Assembly (NCBI GenBank): GCA_017499595.2
Contig: CM038998.1
Coordinates: 3,162,001 to 3,226,000 of the forward strand
Direction of reading: 5' to 3'
Source of the DNA: Psilocybe cubensis
Taxonomy: Eukaryota
Length of the DNA stretch: 64,000 nucleotides
Shown: in pieces, positions 20,768 through 33,772 of the stretch
Layout of the letters: every line of letters begins with the position of its first letter
Numbering within the stretch: the first letter of the stretch is position 1
Translations under genes and position numbers: made by a program
The notes under the pieces: generated by a model
What the model was told of the DNA's origin: nothing
Database searches by the model: none
Seen by the model: the letters and a program-made list of their open reading frames with translations, nothing else

Positions 20768-23700
20768 ATGTCGGAGGACTCGCGATCCAACAAGCAGACG
20801 GCCAGGAAGATCTATTATGTCGCCAATCCAGGCTCAGGAGACTCCGACGATGCAAAGGACGACACTCGCCCCCGCACCCATACTAATGGCTATTCCAACA
20901 AAAGACCCCAGGTCTCTACAGTTTCCAACTACCACAGGCCTACCCCTTCTCAGCCCACCCTCCTGGCCACAGACCCTTCAGTAACGAATTCTAGATATCC
21001 TCTACCCCAGCCTCCCCTGTCCCCTGACAGCACAGATTCTCCTTCTCCCCCGCCCCCAAGTACCCCCAGTCAGCATGCACACTCCTATTCCGCCGATCTC
21101 CACCTAAAGGTCGACCCCCCATCAAAAGCCCTCCCTCAATCAGAATCCTACCCATCTTACCAAGACTATCGGGCACTCAACGATGTTCAACCCCACGTTT
21201 CTAGTTTCATCTCTCCTTCGCGGACTTCCTCTGCCTCAACACCCTCGGCCAGTAAGGGGTCCAAGCTGCTCAAGCACCTCAAAGCACCGTTCGGTGGTCG
21301 CCCACGGCCACCGGCAGGCGAGCAGTCTCGGAGGCCATACACAGTGAGTTTCCCTTCTTCACTTGTATCATCTTTAATTTCACGATGACCCGCACAGTCT
21401 CCGACCGTCACAACTCCGGAATCATTCACATCGTCATCCAGCATGGCCTCCTCGTCTGTATCTGAAAGAGTCATTTTTGTGACCTCTGATTCAGAGCGCT
21501 ATGTTACCGTGGATATCAGCAGCGCGAGGAGCGCCAGCCAGATAAGAGAGCTCATTTTAAACAAGGTATGTGGCATTTAGTTTTGTCCTTCTTTTTTTGG
21601 TGTCTCAATTGTCGGTTTTAGTTGGGCATCTTCAATGAGGACGAGCTGTATCCATACTCTATCTATCGAACAGAAATTGGGGAGAGTCAGTCCGGGGAGG
21701 CATTGACCAACGACCGTCTTATGGCCATGTGTCGCGATCATGGCGATTCCAAAGGGACCCTCAAGTTTTTCGTTACCCAGTCGACTGCACCACCTCAAGG
21801 ACCGTCGCCTATTCAACTCCCAGATTACTCAAGTCCCCCTGTCTTACCCCCCTTGGCTAACACGACCCCCCTGCAAATAAAACGACGCTCAAGGTCCAGG
21901 AATGGGAGTTTTTCCTCTGCGAGCGAAAATATCCCCCTGGAAATTGGGTATGAGGCCGATCTTGACTACCCGGAACACGATGTCAGCAGACCTCTAGCTC
22001 GCACAACCCACTCCCAACCTTCAGCTTCGTCGTCACAAACTGCACTTCCTTCTCCGCATAGAAGGCCTAGCCTTGCTAATCAAGCACGACCATCTTCTCC
22101 TCTTCTGCACTCGTCTGGGGCCAAGCCTCAGAAGAACGAAGAAAAGTATGGCCATGCTCTGCCTCCATTACCTACTCCGCCACCTCCTCTATCACCTGTT
22201 CGTCCATCGTTTCTCAGCAATGAAGAATCTTCCTCGTTAGGTATTCCACAACGACATCATCATGCAAGGTCAACGTCAGACGCAGGTTCCCACCAGGATT
22301 CCGCAGTGAAGGCAACAGAACACCATCCAGAAACAGCTGGTCAACTTTACAGTCGAGGATTGGGAAAGCTAAAACCTGAGCCACCCCGTGAAAGCACGAG
22401 GGAGCGATTAACAAAGCATGCACATGACGACGAGGATCAGCCTTGGGACATCATTCTACCCCCTCCTCAGCGCGATGAGCAAGAGCGAGTGTCCCCGAGC
22501 CTCACACGTGGGTCACGACAACCGAGTTATTCTTCACAGTATCGACCCTCCTCACCGTATACACCAAGACACCCTGTATACAATTCTTCCAGGCCAAGTC
22601 AGCCCTCTGTCCCATTACCTCTTCAGACGCAACGACCTTCCTCTCAACCACGACCTCCAGCAAATGTTCCCATTCCTGGAAGTGTCTTTGTCAACTGGAA
22701 GGGTGAGGAAGGCGGTAGTAGTCGGAAACCGACGCCACCATCGTCCAATTATTCTTCTACTAGGCTTGGGAAGTCTATGACGAAGAGTATGAATGATTTG
22801 AAGTTTGCTGCAAGTCATGCCTCCTCATCGCAGAGTCGCCGAAATTTGCCATCGGTATCTCAGTTACCCATGACTCGTCAGAGTAACATTGCTCGTGTCA
22901 ATGAATCACCATACTCTCCCAGCAATCTCCCAGCAAGCAATATGTCTCTCAATGTGTCAGCCAAATCCTACGAACCGCCCCGAAGTTTTTCAAGACCCCT
23001 TCCTGTCCATGGAACTGCCGATTTTCATCATAGCTCGTCGTCTTCGTATCTCAGTCGCGGTGGCGGTTACTCTTCTAATCTTTCAACGACTAACAACGAC
23101 CCGTACCCAAGGCCACAATCAGCATCTGGTGATCCGGTTACGTCTCCGACTCGAGGCTATACTCGGTTGCAGTCTCCTGTGTATGGGTCGACGTTGGAAT
23201 CTGGAGAAAGCAATCAATCACCCCGCACAATTTCCCCCAACAGGCCCTATCACTCTCCAGGTATCCCTGGACCTCGTCCAAGGCCAACTACCTCGAGCGA
23301 TCGCTCAGGTTCATCTGACATTCAAAGTGGACCTGAGACTTCAAATACTACCCCTCCTCGAACACCTATTAGTCCTCACAGTCCTCGATACGATCCTTCT
23401 GAGAGGAATGGTCTTGTTGAGGAACAATCCCCACCTTCTTCTCCCGACGACATTGTCATCAAGAGCACTGAATCAACACTCAAGCAAAAGGATCAGATGA
23501 ACCTTTTGGATATGTTGCACGGATCGTATTCTCAGCCCACCCGGCAGATATCACCCCCTCCTCCTCCTTTGGAGAGCAAATCTTCTTACGCCCCTGACGA
23601 TGGTGATGATGACGACGATTTTGATAATGAAGGTGGTACGTGGATTGTGCGACCTGAGGCACCCAAGTCAGCTGCACGGCCACCTCTGACAGTACAAATC

Positions 23701-25393
23701 GAGTCCTCGAGCAGCAGCAGCAGCAGCAGTCGACCAACGGAGAATGGCACTCACCATTCTAATCGCCCAGATGGTTCGGCAAAGGATACCCACCCTCCGA
23801 GTAGCTACCGGCCACTTCCTTATACCTCAGTCAACCCGGTATCACGGCGACCAGAGAGTACGTTTGTCGACCCTGAAGGTGACAATTGGGCACCTCGTCC
23901 TCCACCTGAAAATATCTACGAGCATCTCGAAAAGTTCTTCCCAACGCATGACCTTGATAAGCCAGTCATCGAAGCGACGTCGGGCGACACATCACCGACG
24001 AATGCAGAGCCGGCAGCGGCTTTGCCTCCACCAGTCCAGATCGATGAACGGGCGAAGATCAGGGCGAAGAAATCTATTCGTATCGTTGCTCAGGAGCACA
24101 AAAAACGAATTGATCGCACTTCGAGAGCTACAGATACTTCTCGTGTTGACAACATGATGCGCAAGCGAAGTACAAAGCTCTGGGGTAGTAAGTTGGAGGA
24201 GGTGACTACAGCACAGGGACGCAGTGTGAACACCAACAGTATACCCGAATCTCCTTCTGGTGGACCCAGTATGCTATTTATCTTTCTTATCTTACCATTG
24301 AATTATGCTGACACAAATTTCAGCTACATTCAAGTGGGTACGAGGTGAATTGATTGGAAAGGGTACTTATGGCCGTGTCTACCTGGCTCTGAACGCCACG
24401 ACTGGAGAAATGATTGCAGTAAAGCAAGTTGAACTGCCTCAAACGCCCAGCGACAAAAACGATTCGCGTCACCACACAGTTGTTCAGGCATTGAAGATGG
24501 AGAGTGAGACGCTTCGAGACCTCGATCACCCTAACATTGTTCAGTATCTCGGGTTTGAGGAAACCCCGGCCAACTTGAGCATGTGAGCTTTTAGTTGACA
24601 TTTTATTCAGAAAGACGGTGCTTATTTTGAATTCTTAGCTTCCTTGAATATGTCCCTGGTGGATCTGTTGGAAGTTGTTTGCACAAACACGGAAAATTCG
24701 ACGACAACGTTACGAGATCCTTTACGGCGCAGATATTGAGTGGTCTTGAGTATCTCCATTCCAAAGGCATTCTTCATCGAGTAAGTTTCCTACATCGAGT
24801 AATTATTTCATTGATTTTTTAACCTGTATCATAGGATATGAAGGCCGACAATATCCTAGTCGAGATGTCGGGAATCTGCAAAATCTCCGACTTCGGAATC
24901 TCCAAACGAACCGAAGATCTTCAGGGCGGCGCGTTTACAGCTATGAAAGGGACTGTATTCTGGATGGCTCCGGAAGTTATTAACACGAACAAGAAGGGAT
25001 ATAACTTTAAGGTTGATATCTGGAGTGTAGGCTGTGTGGTGTTGGAAATGTGGGCAGGATCAAGGCCATGGATGGGTGAGGAGATGATCGCAGTCATGTT
25101 CAAGGTGTGTGATTTTTGCGTAACCTGGGTTTGGTGGATCTCAAGTCCTTTTTCTTTTAGCTCTATCAATCCAAGCAACCACCTCCAGTCCCTGAGGATG
25201 TGGTCCTGTCAGAAGAAGCAGATGATTTCAGAAGAAAATGCTTCGCCATGTATGCTGCCCGTTGATCACTTTATGATGTCTTTTCTGACCCAAAGAATTT
25301 AGAAATCCCGAGGAGAGGCCGACTGCGGCTGAGCTTCGAAAACACCCTTATCTCATTCTCCCACCTGGTTGGGTTTTCACTGGATTTACTTAA
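20768..25393 (+). CDS. BCK1: MAP kinase kinase kinase, Bck1/Mkh1 type
   Basis: Long Ser/Pro-rich N-terminus; WAPRPPPENIYEHLEKFFP, RKRSTKLWG; kinase FKWVRGELIGKGTYGRV, AVKQV, HR/DMKADN, DFG, GTVFWMAPE. Confidence 0.9.
23710..23730 (+). repeat. (AGC)n microsatellite encoding poly-Ser in the MAPKKK
   Basis: (AGC)6 followed by AGT. Confidence 0.8.
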
Positions 25394-25716
25394 GAACAAT
25401 CTACATACTTACTACTAACCATACTTTCGCACCATTCTCATTTTGCTAGCCCTTTTCTCACCATTCATATCCAACTACTTTCACGAACCTCCTTGCCATC
25501 ATCTAGTTTGCTTTTCAGATCACTCTTCATGTCGTACTACCATCACATCCAGTTTCACTATTCCTGTCTTCGTACTCTGTGCTCTTTGTTGCAAGTGAAA
25601 ACATACATACCTTTGCATTGTGTAGCAACTTTAATTGCTTAATGGCCATATGACGTCATACATGAACGCACTTGATCGTGTGCTTGCTCAAGCTTTCTGG
25701 AACCCAACTACGACTC

Positions 25717-27923
25717 ATGCCTTTCAACTCACATCCCTCTGATAATGACGATGAAGCAGCCCGTGTCGCTGCAGCAATTATGATCCAGCGTCTTTGGAGA
25801 GGTAGTCACAATCTAACCAAGGAACGGCATTTAAATGCTGACGCCAGATGGGATGACGCTGCCACTGGAGCCAAGCTTGCGGTGCGGCATGTATTAGCAC
25901 CAGTATGTAATTTCAGGGCTGATCCATGATATTTTGCTTCCGGATAGGTTCATCGAAATGCTGCACTTGACGAATCTACCACTCCTCGACAACGTTGGAA
26001 TCGTGCTGCCTTTTTTATCACCCAACTGAAATTCAAAAATGAACTACTGAGCAATAATGGCGTCCAAGTTGAGGCTGAAGAAAAGCACCTGGAAGCTCAG
26101 CATTGGCTGGAAATGATTGATGGGTGTGTATATCTTTCTGGAAATTTGGGCGCCTAAATGTTAATTATTGGATTTACTCACGAAAGGAAGCACCGTTACG
26201 GTTCAAATTGTAATGTACTTTTTGTGAACTAGCAGTATTGAGTGCTTATAATTTATCTTCTTATAGTAAAGGTTGGATATATTTAATTCTTTTGAGGTTC
26301 ACACTGCAGCTCACCATGTGCATGATTCCTCCAGTGGTATTACAAACGATGGCAGGAAGAAGATACCCGAGAGAACTTTTTTAAATGGTATGTATCTTCA
26401 GGCTCCGATTACCACATTGCCTCTTATTATCTTCTGTCACTCGAAGGCTTGACCATGGGGGAGGCAAAGATCTCTCACTAGACCAATGTCCTCGCGAACG
26501 ATTGGAAAAAGAGGTGGGTTGGTATCTCTTCAAAACTATCTCCACCATGCTTGTACTAAAGGAAGAAACATGCATAGCGAATAATGTTGGTGTTTGTCCA
26601 TACAAACGTGCAGCGCTGCTAACAGATATTTATACAGATACCTTTCTGCAGAGCAAAGTTGGCTTTTCTATTTATTTTGATATTTATTGAATGTCTGAAC
26701 ACATTCCCGTAGGGTTGAATTACTTGGTGAAAATAGGAGATGATGGTCGGCTCTACTGGGATAAAAATAACCAACCTGTTGATACCACTGCCGGAGACTG
26801 GAAAGATGCAGGAGAAGGTCGAGGAATCGTTCCAGAGAGCATGCCTACAAGAAATATGCAGCATACAAAGCTGCATGGTCATGTCCCTTTCACCAATAGT
26901 CCAATAACGTCTCGAGAGTCTTTGGACCAGGAAAATGCTGCTACTCATTACGCAGGTGGGATTAAAGGCAGGCATTGGTGGTCAAGATATGTTCGACGCA
27001 ATTTCACTGCTCGAGGAGTAATGGAACGGTTGCTGAGGAAAACCGTTAGACGAAATACTTGGATCTATGTGTCGGTATGTTGCTAATGTTCTAGTTATTT
27101 GGTTTGATTTAAGTAATCGACTGAGGAGTTTGCAGGACAAAAATTGTAAGAGTCAACTTTTTCAAAGACTCAAGTCATCCACTCATACATTGAATTAAAG
27201 TTAATATATTCATTGGAATCAAAGGTAGTATTGTCCACGGAAACTCTACCCATAATCTAATTTGTCAATTATAGAAACAGGAGCCTTTCAACACTCATCA
27301 TTCGTTGCGGGTGGTATTGTGACGTCCGCTGGCCTGATAACTGTCAAACAGGGGGTCATACATACCCTTTCACCGCTTTCCGGCCATTACAGGTTCTTTT
27401 TTTTCAATGGAAACAGCGGAGAATCATACTGACTTCCTTCGTGTATCAGGACGTCAGTAGATGTGAGACTTCGAGTGCAGATCAAACTAAATAGGAAATC
27501 CTGACCCGAAAAACCTTCAGCATTTCCATAGATTCATTGAAGTTTTAGCTGAACGAGGCGTCGACATGCACAAAGTCAAGATTAGTAAAGCGGAAGCAGC
27601 GTTGTGGGGGTACGTCGATTTAAAGACAGTGTACAGCTCGCTAACGAAGAGGAATGCCCACGATTGAGCATCTGGCCAAATTTAAGAAGGCGCAATCGAA
27701 AGTAGTGAGGTCTGGAAAGCAAAGGCTGAAAGAGGGGCCGAGGATGGCTAAAGCAACAGTGGTTCAAAATTCCACAGACATTACAAAATGGAAGAGAGAT
27801 ATTTTGACTGGGCGTAGTTCAGCACACAATGATGGCAAATCCGAAGAGACCAAGCATATGAAGTCGAAAATTGGCCACAACGATTCAGCGAAAGACAGTA
27901 GCGGGAAGAGAATAGATAGGTAG
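25717..27923 (+). CDS. IQ calmodulin-binding motif protein (IQM-like)
   Basis: AAIMIQRLWRG IQ motif; QHWLEMIDG/KHRYGSN, FFK/WLDHGGG, CPRERLE, FQHSSFVAGG, LSPLSGHYR; many micro-exons. Confidence 0.85.
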
Positions 27924-28068
27924 ATTTTACCATCTTGAGGTGCTTGCAGGTGCGATCTAGCGGTGCAATTTGATATAAAGGAGATGTATATTCGACGACT
28001 TCCTCCGTAGTATTTTCCTAATGTAAACTCCACTTGTTTAGCTACACGTACAAGTCATTTAAAAGTGC

Positions 28069-28889
28069 TCATGCCCTATCCCATCGGCTTCCGAATTCTG
28101 AAATACCAACCGGAAGGGCCGCCTAGAAAGAATAAAATAGGTTTCCAGCTCCAAAGTACAACTTGACGAATTTCTCCTCACCTTTTCATCATAATCATTC
28201 CACTCTCCTTCTACCAAATCGACCTCGGGAAACTTAGTCCCAGTGGTGCCTACGCACTTCCATGTTCCCTAATAAATTGGCTAAATCATCCATCCAAAAA
28301 GATTCTTCTTAAAAACAACATACTCGAGGATCAAATCCGACGAACTCTAATCCTCGACATTCAAGCACAAGCAATGGTTGGAATTGGGCATTTTCTGCGG
28401 TGTAGGGTGTGAATGGGGTAGGCTCAAATTTAGCAGAACTTTCTCTTTTGCCTAAAAGAGAAAATTAGAATTGAGCGTGAATCATGCCCGAAGAAAGCTA
28501 CAGACACAGGCCACATTTCCATACGAAGTGTGCAGTGCTTCCTTTTCCTCCAGATACTTCGCGTTCCTCCTTCACGTCATTCACCAGAGATTAGGACGAT
28601 AGAGAACCTGATAGAAAATAAATGGATGATATCTTACAAGACGATTCAGGGAGACAAATTTAGGGTGAGTTTCGTTGCAGCTGTTGCACTTCACCTAGAC
28701 AGTTTTGTGAGAATACCAGTTGTTAGTATGCGATTTAGCGCAACAGACCTGGAAGAAGAACTCAAAATCATTGGCAGCTGGTTCCAAGCTAGTGACATTT
28801 TCCAGTTCGGCTTTGATAGATAATTGGAGACGCTATGCTAATCATAAGTGTGAACATGGCGATTGAATTACAGAGTCAAGTCCTACCAT
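28069..28889 (-). CDS. CXXC zinc-binding protein, DUF866/UPF0587 (CZIB/C1orf123 family)
   Basis: Absent from the ORF track; spliced product M/RLQLSIKAELENV..FFFQ/VKCNSCNETH../EEREVSGGKGSTAHFVWKCGL/CKRESS..LECRGLEFVGFDPR/GTW..GEWNDYDEK/AALPVGI. Confidence 0.9.
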
Positions 28890-29072
28890 CTTGATTGAAT
28901 GAACTGAAGATTATAAGTTTCAGTGGTGACTGTCAAGCAATGATCAAATACATCCCGATATGGTAAAGCGTGAGGGTCTTCTTATTTGGTCATGTATGTC
29001 GGCGTCCTCTCAGCGGACTCGACGCGCGAAATAATTTGTCCAAACTACCAAAGGTGACGTTCGGTATCTGCC

Positions 29073-29996
29073 ATGGCCCATTCACTAGCCAGATTTCTCT
29101 TGTCGCCTAAATGCCCTCGGGTGGCACCCTCTGCCTGCCGGATATCTCAGGCAAGCTTCAGCACATCATCCGCATTGCAAGCGCGGAAACGCGTCCGAAA
29201 CAAGGCGCCCCGTCGGACTAACAGTGTGCTGGAGGACGACCTGGAAGAAATATGGGAGCATTTTGAGGACTCTGCGGATACCTATGATTCACCTACTGCC
29301 GGTCATATTATTCTGCAGAACGAGCGCCAGATGCTACATTACATGCGACTCATTGAACACGAAATGCCAAAACTTGTCGGTGAGTTTAGGAGCGCTTTTT
29401 TATTCTTGGAATCCGTGTTTTTGGCTCATCCGTGTTTTGCATTTTTCAGCTTACAGAAAACCATTTGTTCCCCCCTCTGCGGATAAACCTTTGATTGTCC
29501 GCTCTGTACACTACCAGGGAGAACAGCATCCTGTTTCGCTCAAACGTGTCATCGTCGCCCCAGTCGACGCTCTGCCCTTGAAAGATGATTCTGCTGTCCA
29601 TAAAGCCATCCTCCTCGCAGGTCCAAGATGGAGTCCTGTTCCGCATGCGGACTCCGGTGTCAGTGGTAATGAGCTATGGGGTAACGGCTACATCAAAATC
29701 GCGTGTGAGGACTTCCCTAAGGCCTCCCAGAATCTTAAGTGGGCCAGTGATACCTTGGATAAACTCGTCGCCGAGGCCAACGTACGCATTTATTTCTGTT
29801 GGGTTAAACTGCTGACTGACACATTTCATAGAACTCGGCAGATACATTCTCTGACGTGCCCATTGATGCCCGCCACTTAGTTTCCAAAATCCGCAAGGCG
29901 AAGGGAGGTGACCACAGAGGGAACAGACCATTTAATCGCACCACCATCCATGATTTCCCAGAAGAATGGCTACCTAAACCTGTATCCTTGCAGTAA
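29073..29996 (+). CDS. RSM24: Mitochondrial small subunit ribosomal protein mS35 (Rsm24/S35)
   Basis: Presequence; HYMRLIEHEMPKL, YRKPFVPP, YQGEQHP, LLAGPRW, GYIKIACEDFP..NLKWASDTLDKL, FPEEW. Confidence 0.88.
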
Positions 29997-30447
29997 TTTG
30001 TATAAGACTGCAATACATTATGTGCCACTCATCAAACTAATAGCGTACCGCATTGAACCGACGCACTGGGTACTCTGATACTTTTTTAAACCGTAAGCTA
30101 TGATATATGAAGGCCTTTTGACGCCACTACCGAACCGGCCAAAGGAATGCCATGATGATTCAGTAACATCTACGCGCTTGGCCAGGAATGGCTCTTTGTT
30201 TCATTGACCCTGTAGGACTGGAGTCTTCTTTGGCCCAATTCGTGCCAGCGAAGAATGCGCTTTGTTTCTTGAGTTAACGGATGCTTCCTACTGATAAATA
30301 GCATGTAGTTTGCTGTTCGTCGATCCCCACATTCTCACCTTGACGGTGAAGACGACGTTTCGAACCCTCACATTCTTTTATCACTTGTCTCCAATTTCGT
30401 TATTTTTATTTTTATTCTTTTTCATAATTCGTATTCTTTCGTGGATA

Positions 30448-31206
30448 ATGCCCAAGATCTCTTCGTCTGCGCGTTCGTCTCGCGCCTATGATGAAGTTTT
30501 TCACAGACCACTGCAACAATCGCAGATCGACGCCATTTACGCCTTTAGATCACGATTCGTCTGCGACGGAGTGATAGATAAAGACATTAGCGAAGAGGTT
30601 CGAAACGTCCTATGGCTAACGGAGGCCATACTGCGAACAAATGGACTGAGTTCAATGGAACGACCGAAAGTCAACCTAATGGAAACTCGTGGCAGGACCA
30701 TCTACGACGCACAACCTATTGATTTTGGTACACCTACACCAACACCTCAGGCGAAACATGTGCTTGTTCGAAGGCTCTCGGAAGTACTTGGAGGCCTGGA
30801 GGAGCTTGATCCAGAAACTGTCATATTTCCTATTAAAAACATAGCAGAGCCCATTACTCCTCCGAGAAAGACGCGACAGGATGCAAGAGCTAGATATTGC
30901 GCAAGCACTCCCAACGCATCGCGTTCTCCGACTTCTGATACGCTGTTCCTGACCCTTAGGAAGAAGAGCCAAAAGCGATTTTTTACATCGCCGGGGTCTG
31001 CCGAGGTGCCGGACAGCCCAGGCGAAAGACGAGGGTGGTCGCGATCGCCTACGCCGCCTCTGTCGTGGTCTGTGGAATCGTCGCCAGAGTCAGTGGAGAC
31101 GATGGGGTGGGAGGAAGACTGGGAAGAAATAGAAGCATTGAAGGCTGAAGATTCATTTCAGAAATTGTTCGAGATGTTCGTAAATACCGGGGATGAAATG
31201 TTGTAG
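30448..31206 (+). CDS. Intronless hypothetical protein (252 aa)
   Basis: Uninterrupted ORF after a pyrimidine-rich leader; many SP/TP sites, acidic aromatic C-terminus; no family recognised. Confidence 0.65.
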   Translation: MPKISSSARSSRAYDEVFHRPLQQSQIDAIYAFRSRFVCDGVIDKDISEEVRNVLWLTEAILRTNGLSSMERPKVNLMETRGRTIYDAQPIDFGTPTPTPQAKHVLVRRLSEVLGGLEELDPETVIFPIKNIAEPITPPRKTRQDARARYCASTPNASRSPTSDTLFLTLRKKSQKRFFTSPGSAEVPDSPGERRGWSRSPTPPLSWSVESSPESVETMGWEEDWEEIEALKAEDSFQKLFEMFVNTGDEML

Positions 31207-31537
31207 AATATGAATAATAATTATAGAGAGCCTCGAGGCAGACACACGGAGAGACGTATAAAACTGAGGACGAGACAAGATGGTGGGCAAGATGAAGCAG
31301 CGACGGCGGATTTCGTGGGTGCGTCTGGCGGTTCAAGTTCGGGGTGATGGCAGAGTGCGAATCTGATTGTTTGTATCAGGGTCTCTTGTTGCCCAAACCC
31401 AAATTGGACGTGGGCTTTGCCACCTCGACCAAACAAAGACAACATCGCCCGACTTCTTTCCTCCCCCTCGTTCAAGTCAACTTAAAAGTAATTTTCCCCT
31501 GCCACTCTTCCTTTTCGCTCCTTACCTCTCTTCCCAG

Positions 31538-33260
31538 ATGGCCGACTCCTATACATCCTCGCGCAACGGCGACATTATCTCAAATGGCGGTCTCAATGGC
31601 TCAAGTCCCTCTCTCGTCCCGACAGCGCACACACCAGCTCCCTCCAACGTCATCCGCAAAAAGCTCATGGGCTATGTCGGCTTTGCCAATCTCCCCAACC
31701 AGGTCCACAGGAAGAGTGTCAGGAAGGGCTTCCAGTTCACCGCCATGGTCGTTGGTCAGTCTACCGCCTTTTTCTCTCTGCGACGTGTATCTCATTCTCT
31801 CCGTCTATAGGGGAGTCCGGTCTCGGCAAGTCCACGCTGATCAACACTCTCTTCAACACCACTCTCTATCCACCCAAGGAACCTATTTCGCCGGCTGCAG
31901 ATAGGCCCAAGACCGTTGCCATTGAGAGCATCGGTGCAGGTGCCTATTTTTATCGCACGCCTCTAGACACGTATCCTCACTTCCTTTACGTATAGATATC
32001 GAGGAGAACGGTGTTCGCCTTCACTTAACCGTCGTTGATACTCCCGGTTTCGGTGATTTCGTCAACAACGATGACAGGTAATCATTTGGCGCGTGGCGCC
32101 ATTTTCACCCCATTTTTTTTCTCACTCTTTGCTCCTATTCAGTTGGAAACCCATCGTTGAAAATATCGAATCCCGATTTGACTCGTATCTTGAACAAGAA
32201 AACCGCGTCAACAGGACGAAAATTGTCGACAACCGTGTCCATGCCTGCTTGTACTTTATCCAACCCACTGGCCATTCGTGAGATTTATTTGTTTGTTCGT
32301 TGTCTAGACTATCTTTGTTCTGATCATCTCATATAGTCTCAAGCAGCTTGATATCGAGTTTATGCGCAGACTTCATACCAAAGTCAACCTTATCCCCATC
32401 ATTGCAAAGGCAGACACTTTGACCGATGAGGAAGTTACCGAGTTTAAAGAGAGGGTGCGTCATTTTTGCTTTGCTTCTAGCCGCATTGCCATTAACACAC
32501 TTTTTTCAGATTTTGGCCGATATTGCCCACCATAACATCCATATTTTCCAGGCGCCAACATATGAGAACGAGGATGAAGAGACCATTGCTGAAGCTGAAG
32601 AGATCGCCGGAAAAATTCCATTCGCTGTCGTAGGTTCCGACAGGTTGGTTAATACCCCTGACGGTCGTCAAGTCCGTGGACGCGCTTACCCCTGGGGTGT
32701 TGTCGAAGTTGACAATGAGGAACATTGCGACTTTGTCAAACTCCGTCAGATGCTTGTCCGCACGTACATGGAGGAGCTCAGGGAGTATACCAACGATGTT
32801 CTTTACGAGAACTGGCGAACAGAAAAACTTCTTAGCATGGGTGTCGCTCAAGATTCTTCCGTGTTTAAAGAAATCAAGTAAGTTGTTCAAAAATCCTGAT
32901 TTTTTGTATTAATCTGTTTGTACAGCCCTGCTGCCAGGCTACAAGAAGAACGAGTTCTTCACGAAGCCAAACTTGCCAAGATGGAGGCTGAGATGAAGAT
33001 GGTCTTCTTGCAAAAGGTTCAGGAGAAGGAAGCCAAGCTTAAGCAGTCCGAAGAAGAACTCTATGCCCGGCACAAGGAGATGAAGGACGCGTTGGAGAAG
33101 CAACGTGCCGACCTTGAGGACAAGAAGAGGAAAATCGAAAGTGGTCGTCCATTAACACCCGAGAAATCTTCTGTTCGTTGTTTATTATTTTTGAATGTGA
33201 TTTTTCTTGCTAACACTTTGATTTCAGACCACGAGGAAGAAGGGCTTCCTTCGCACGTAA
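31538..33260 (+). CDS. CDC3: Septin, Cdc3/AspB group
   Basis: [51 protein letters not shown]-terminal coiled coil. Confidence 0.93.
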
Positions 33261-33772
33261 TTTTTCTCTAAGAAACGATCAAGAACGCGGTATCATCCAT
33301 CCACTATTTTGACATTGCCAGCCTCTCTCTACTGGTCATCTACCTGGCCCTTCTTTGTTTTTTGCATGTACACCATCTCATTAAATTACCTTGTTACCCA
33401 TCGTTATCTTGATTCTCGTGAATACTCGTCACTCCTTTCATCGGATATCCCCTACTTGCTTCACTTTTTAGTACAGCTTTGAACTTTCATTATTCTCTAT
33501 GCGGAATTATTACGTCTTACGTCTATAGCGGACCCTCTCTTTTTTGATGACAATATACCATGGTTCTGCTGTTTAGTGATTGTGCCAAGTAGAGGGAAAC
33601 CAGTGGTTGTAATTGGATGAGTGAGATCAGATTGTTAATTGCGTGACTTGTCAACAAGGACAAACGGCTTCATATCTCATCTACACTCTAGTGACCGAAC
33701 TTCCTGCACTTACTTCCGTTTCACCATCCCGCAAGCCAGTGACCTTGATTTCCCGGATTCAAGATCTCCGGT

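Noticed and set aside
19986-20855. 289 aa, 178 aa and 103 aa antisense ORFs
   Set aside because: Shadows of the GC-rich GID8 exon and the BCK1 5' end
30152-30294. ATGATGA ... CTGA pair resembling a C/D snoRNA
   Set aside because: Not intronic, no terminal stem, no recognisable rRNA or snRNA guide, and too long
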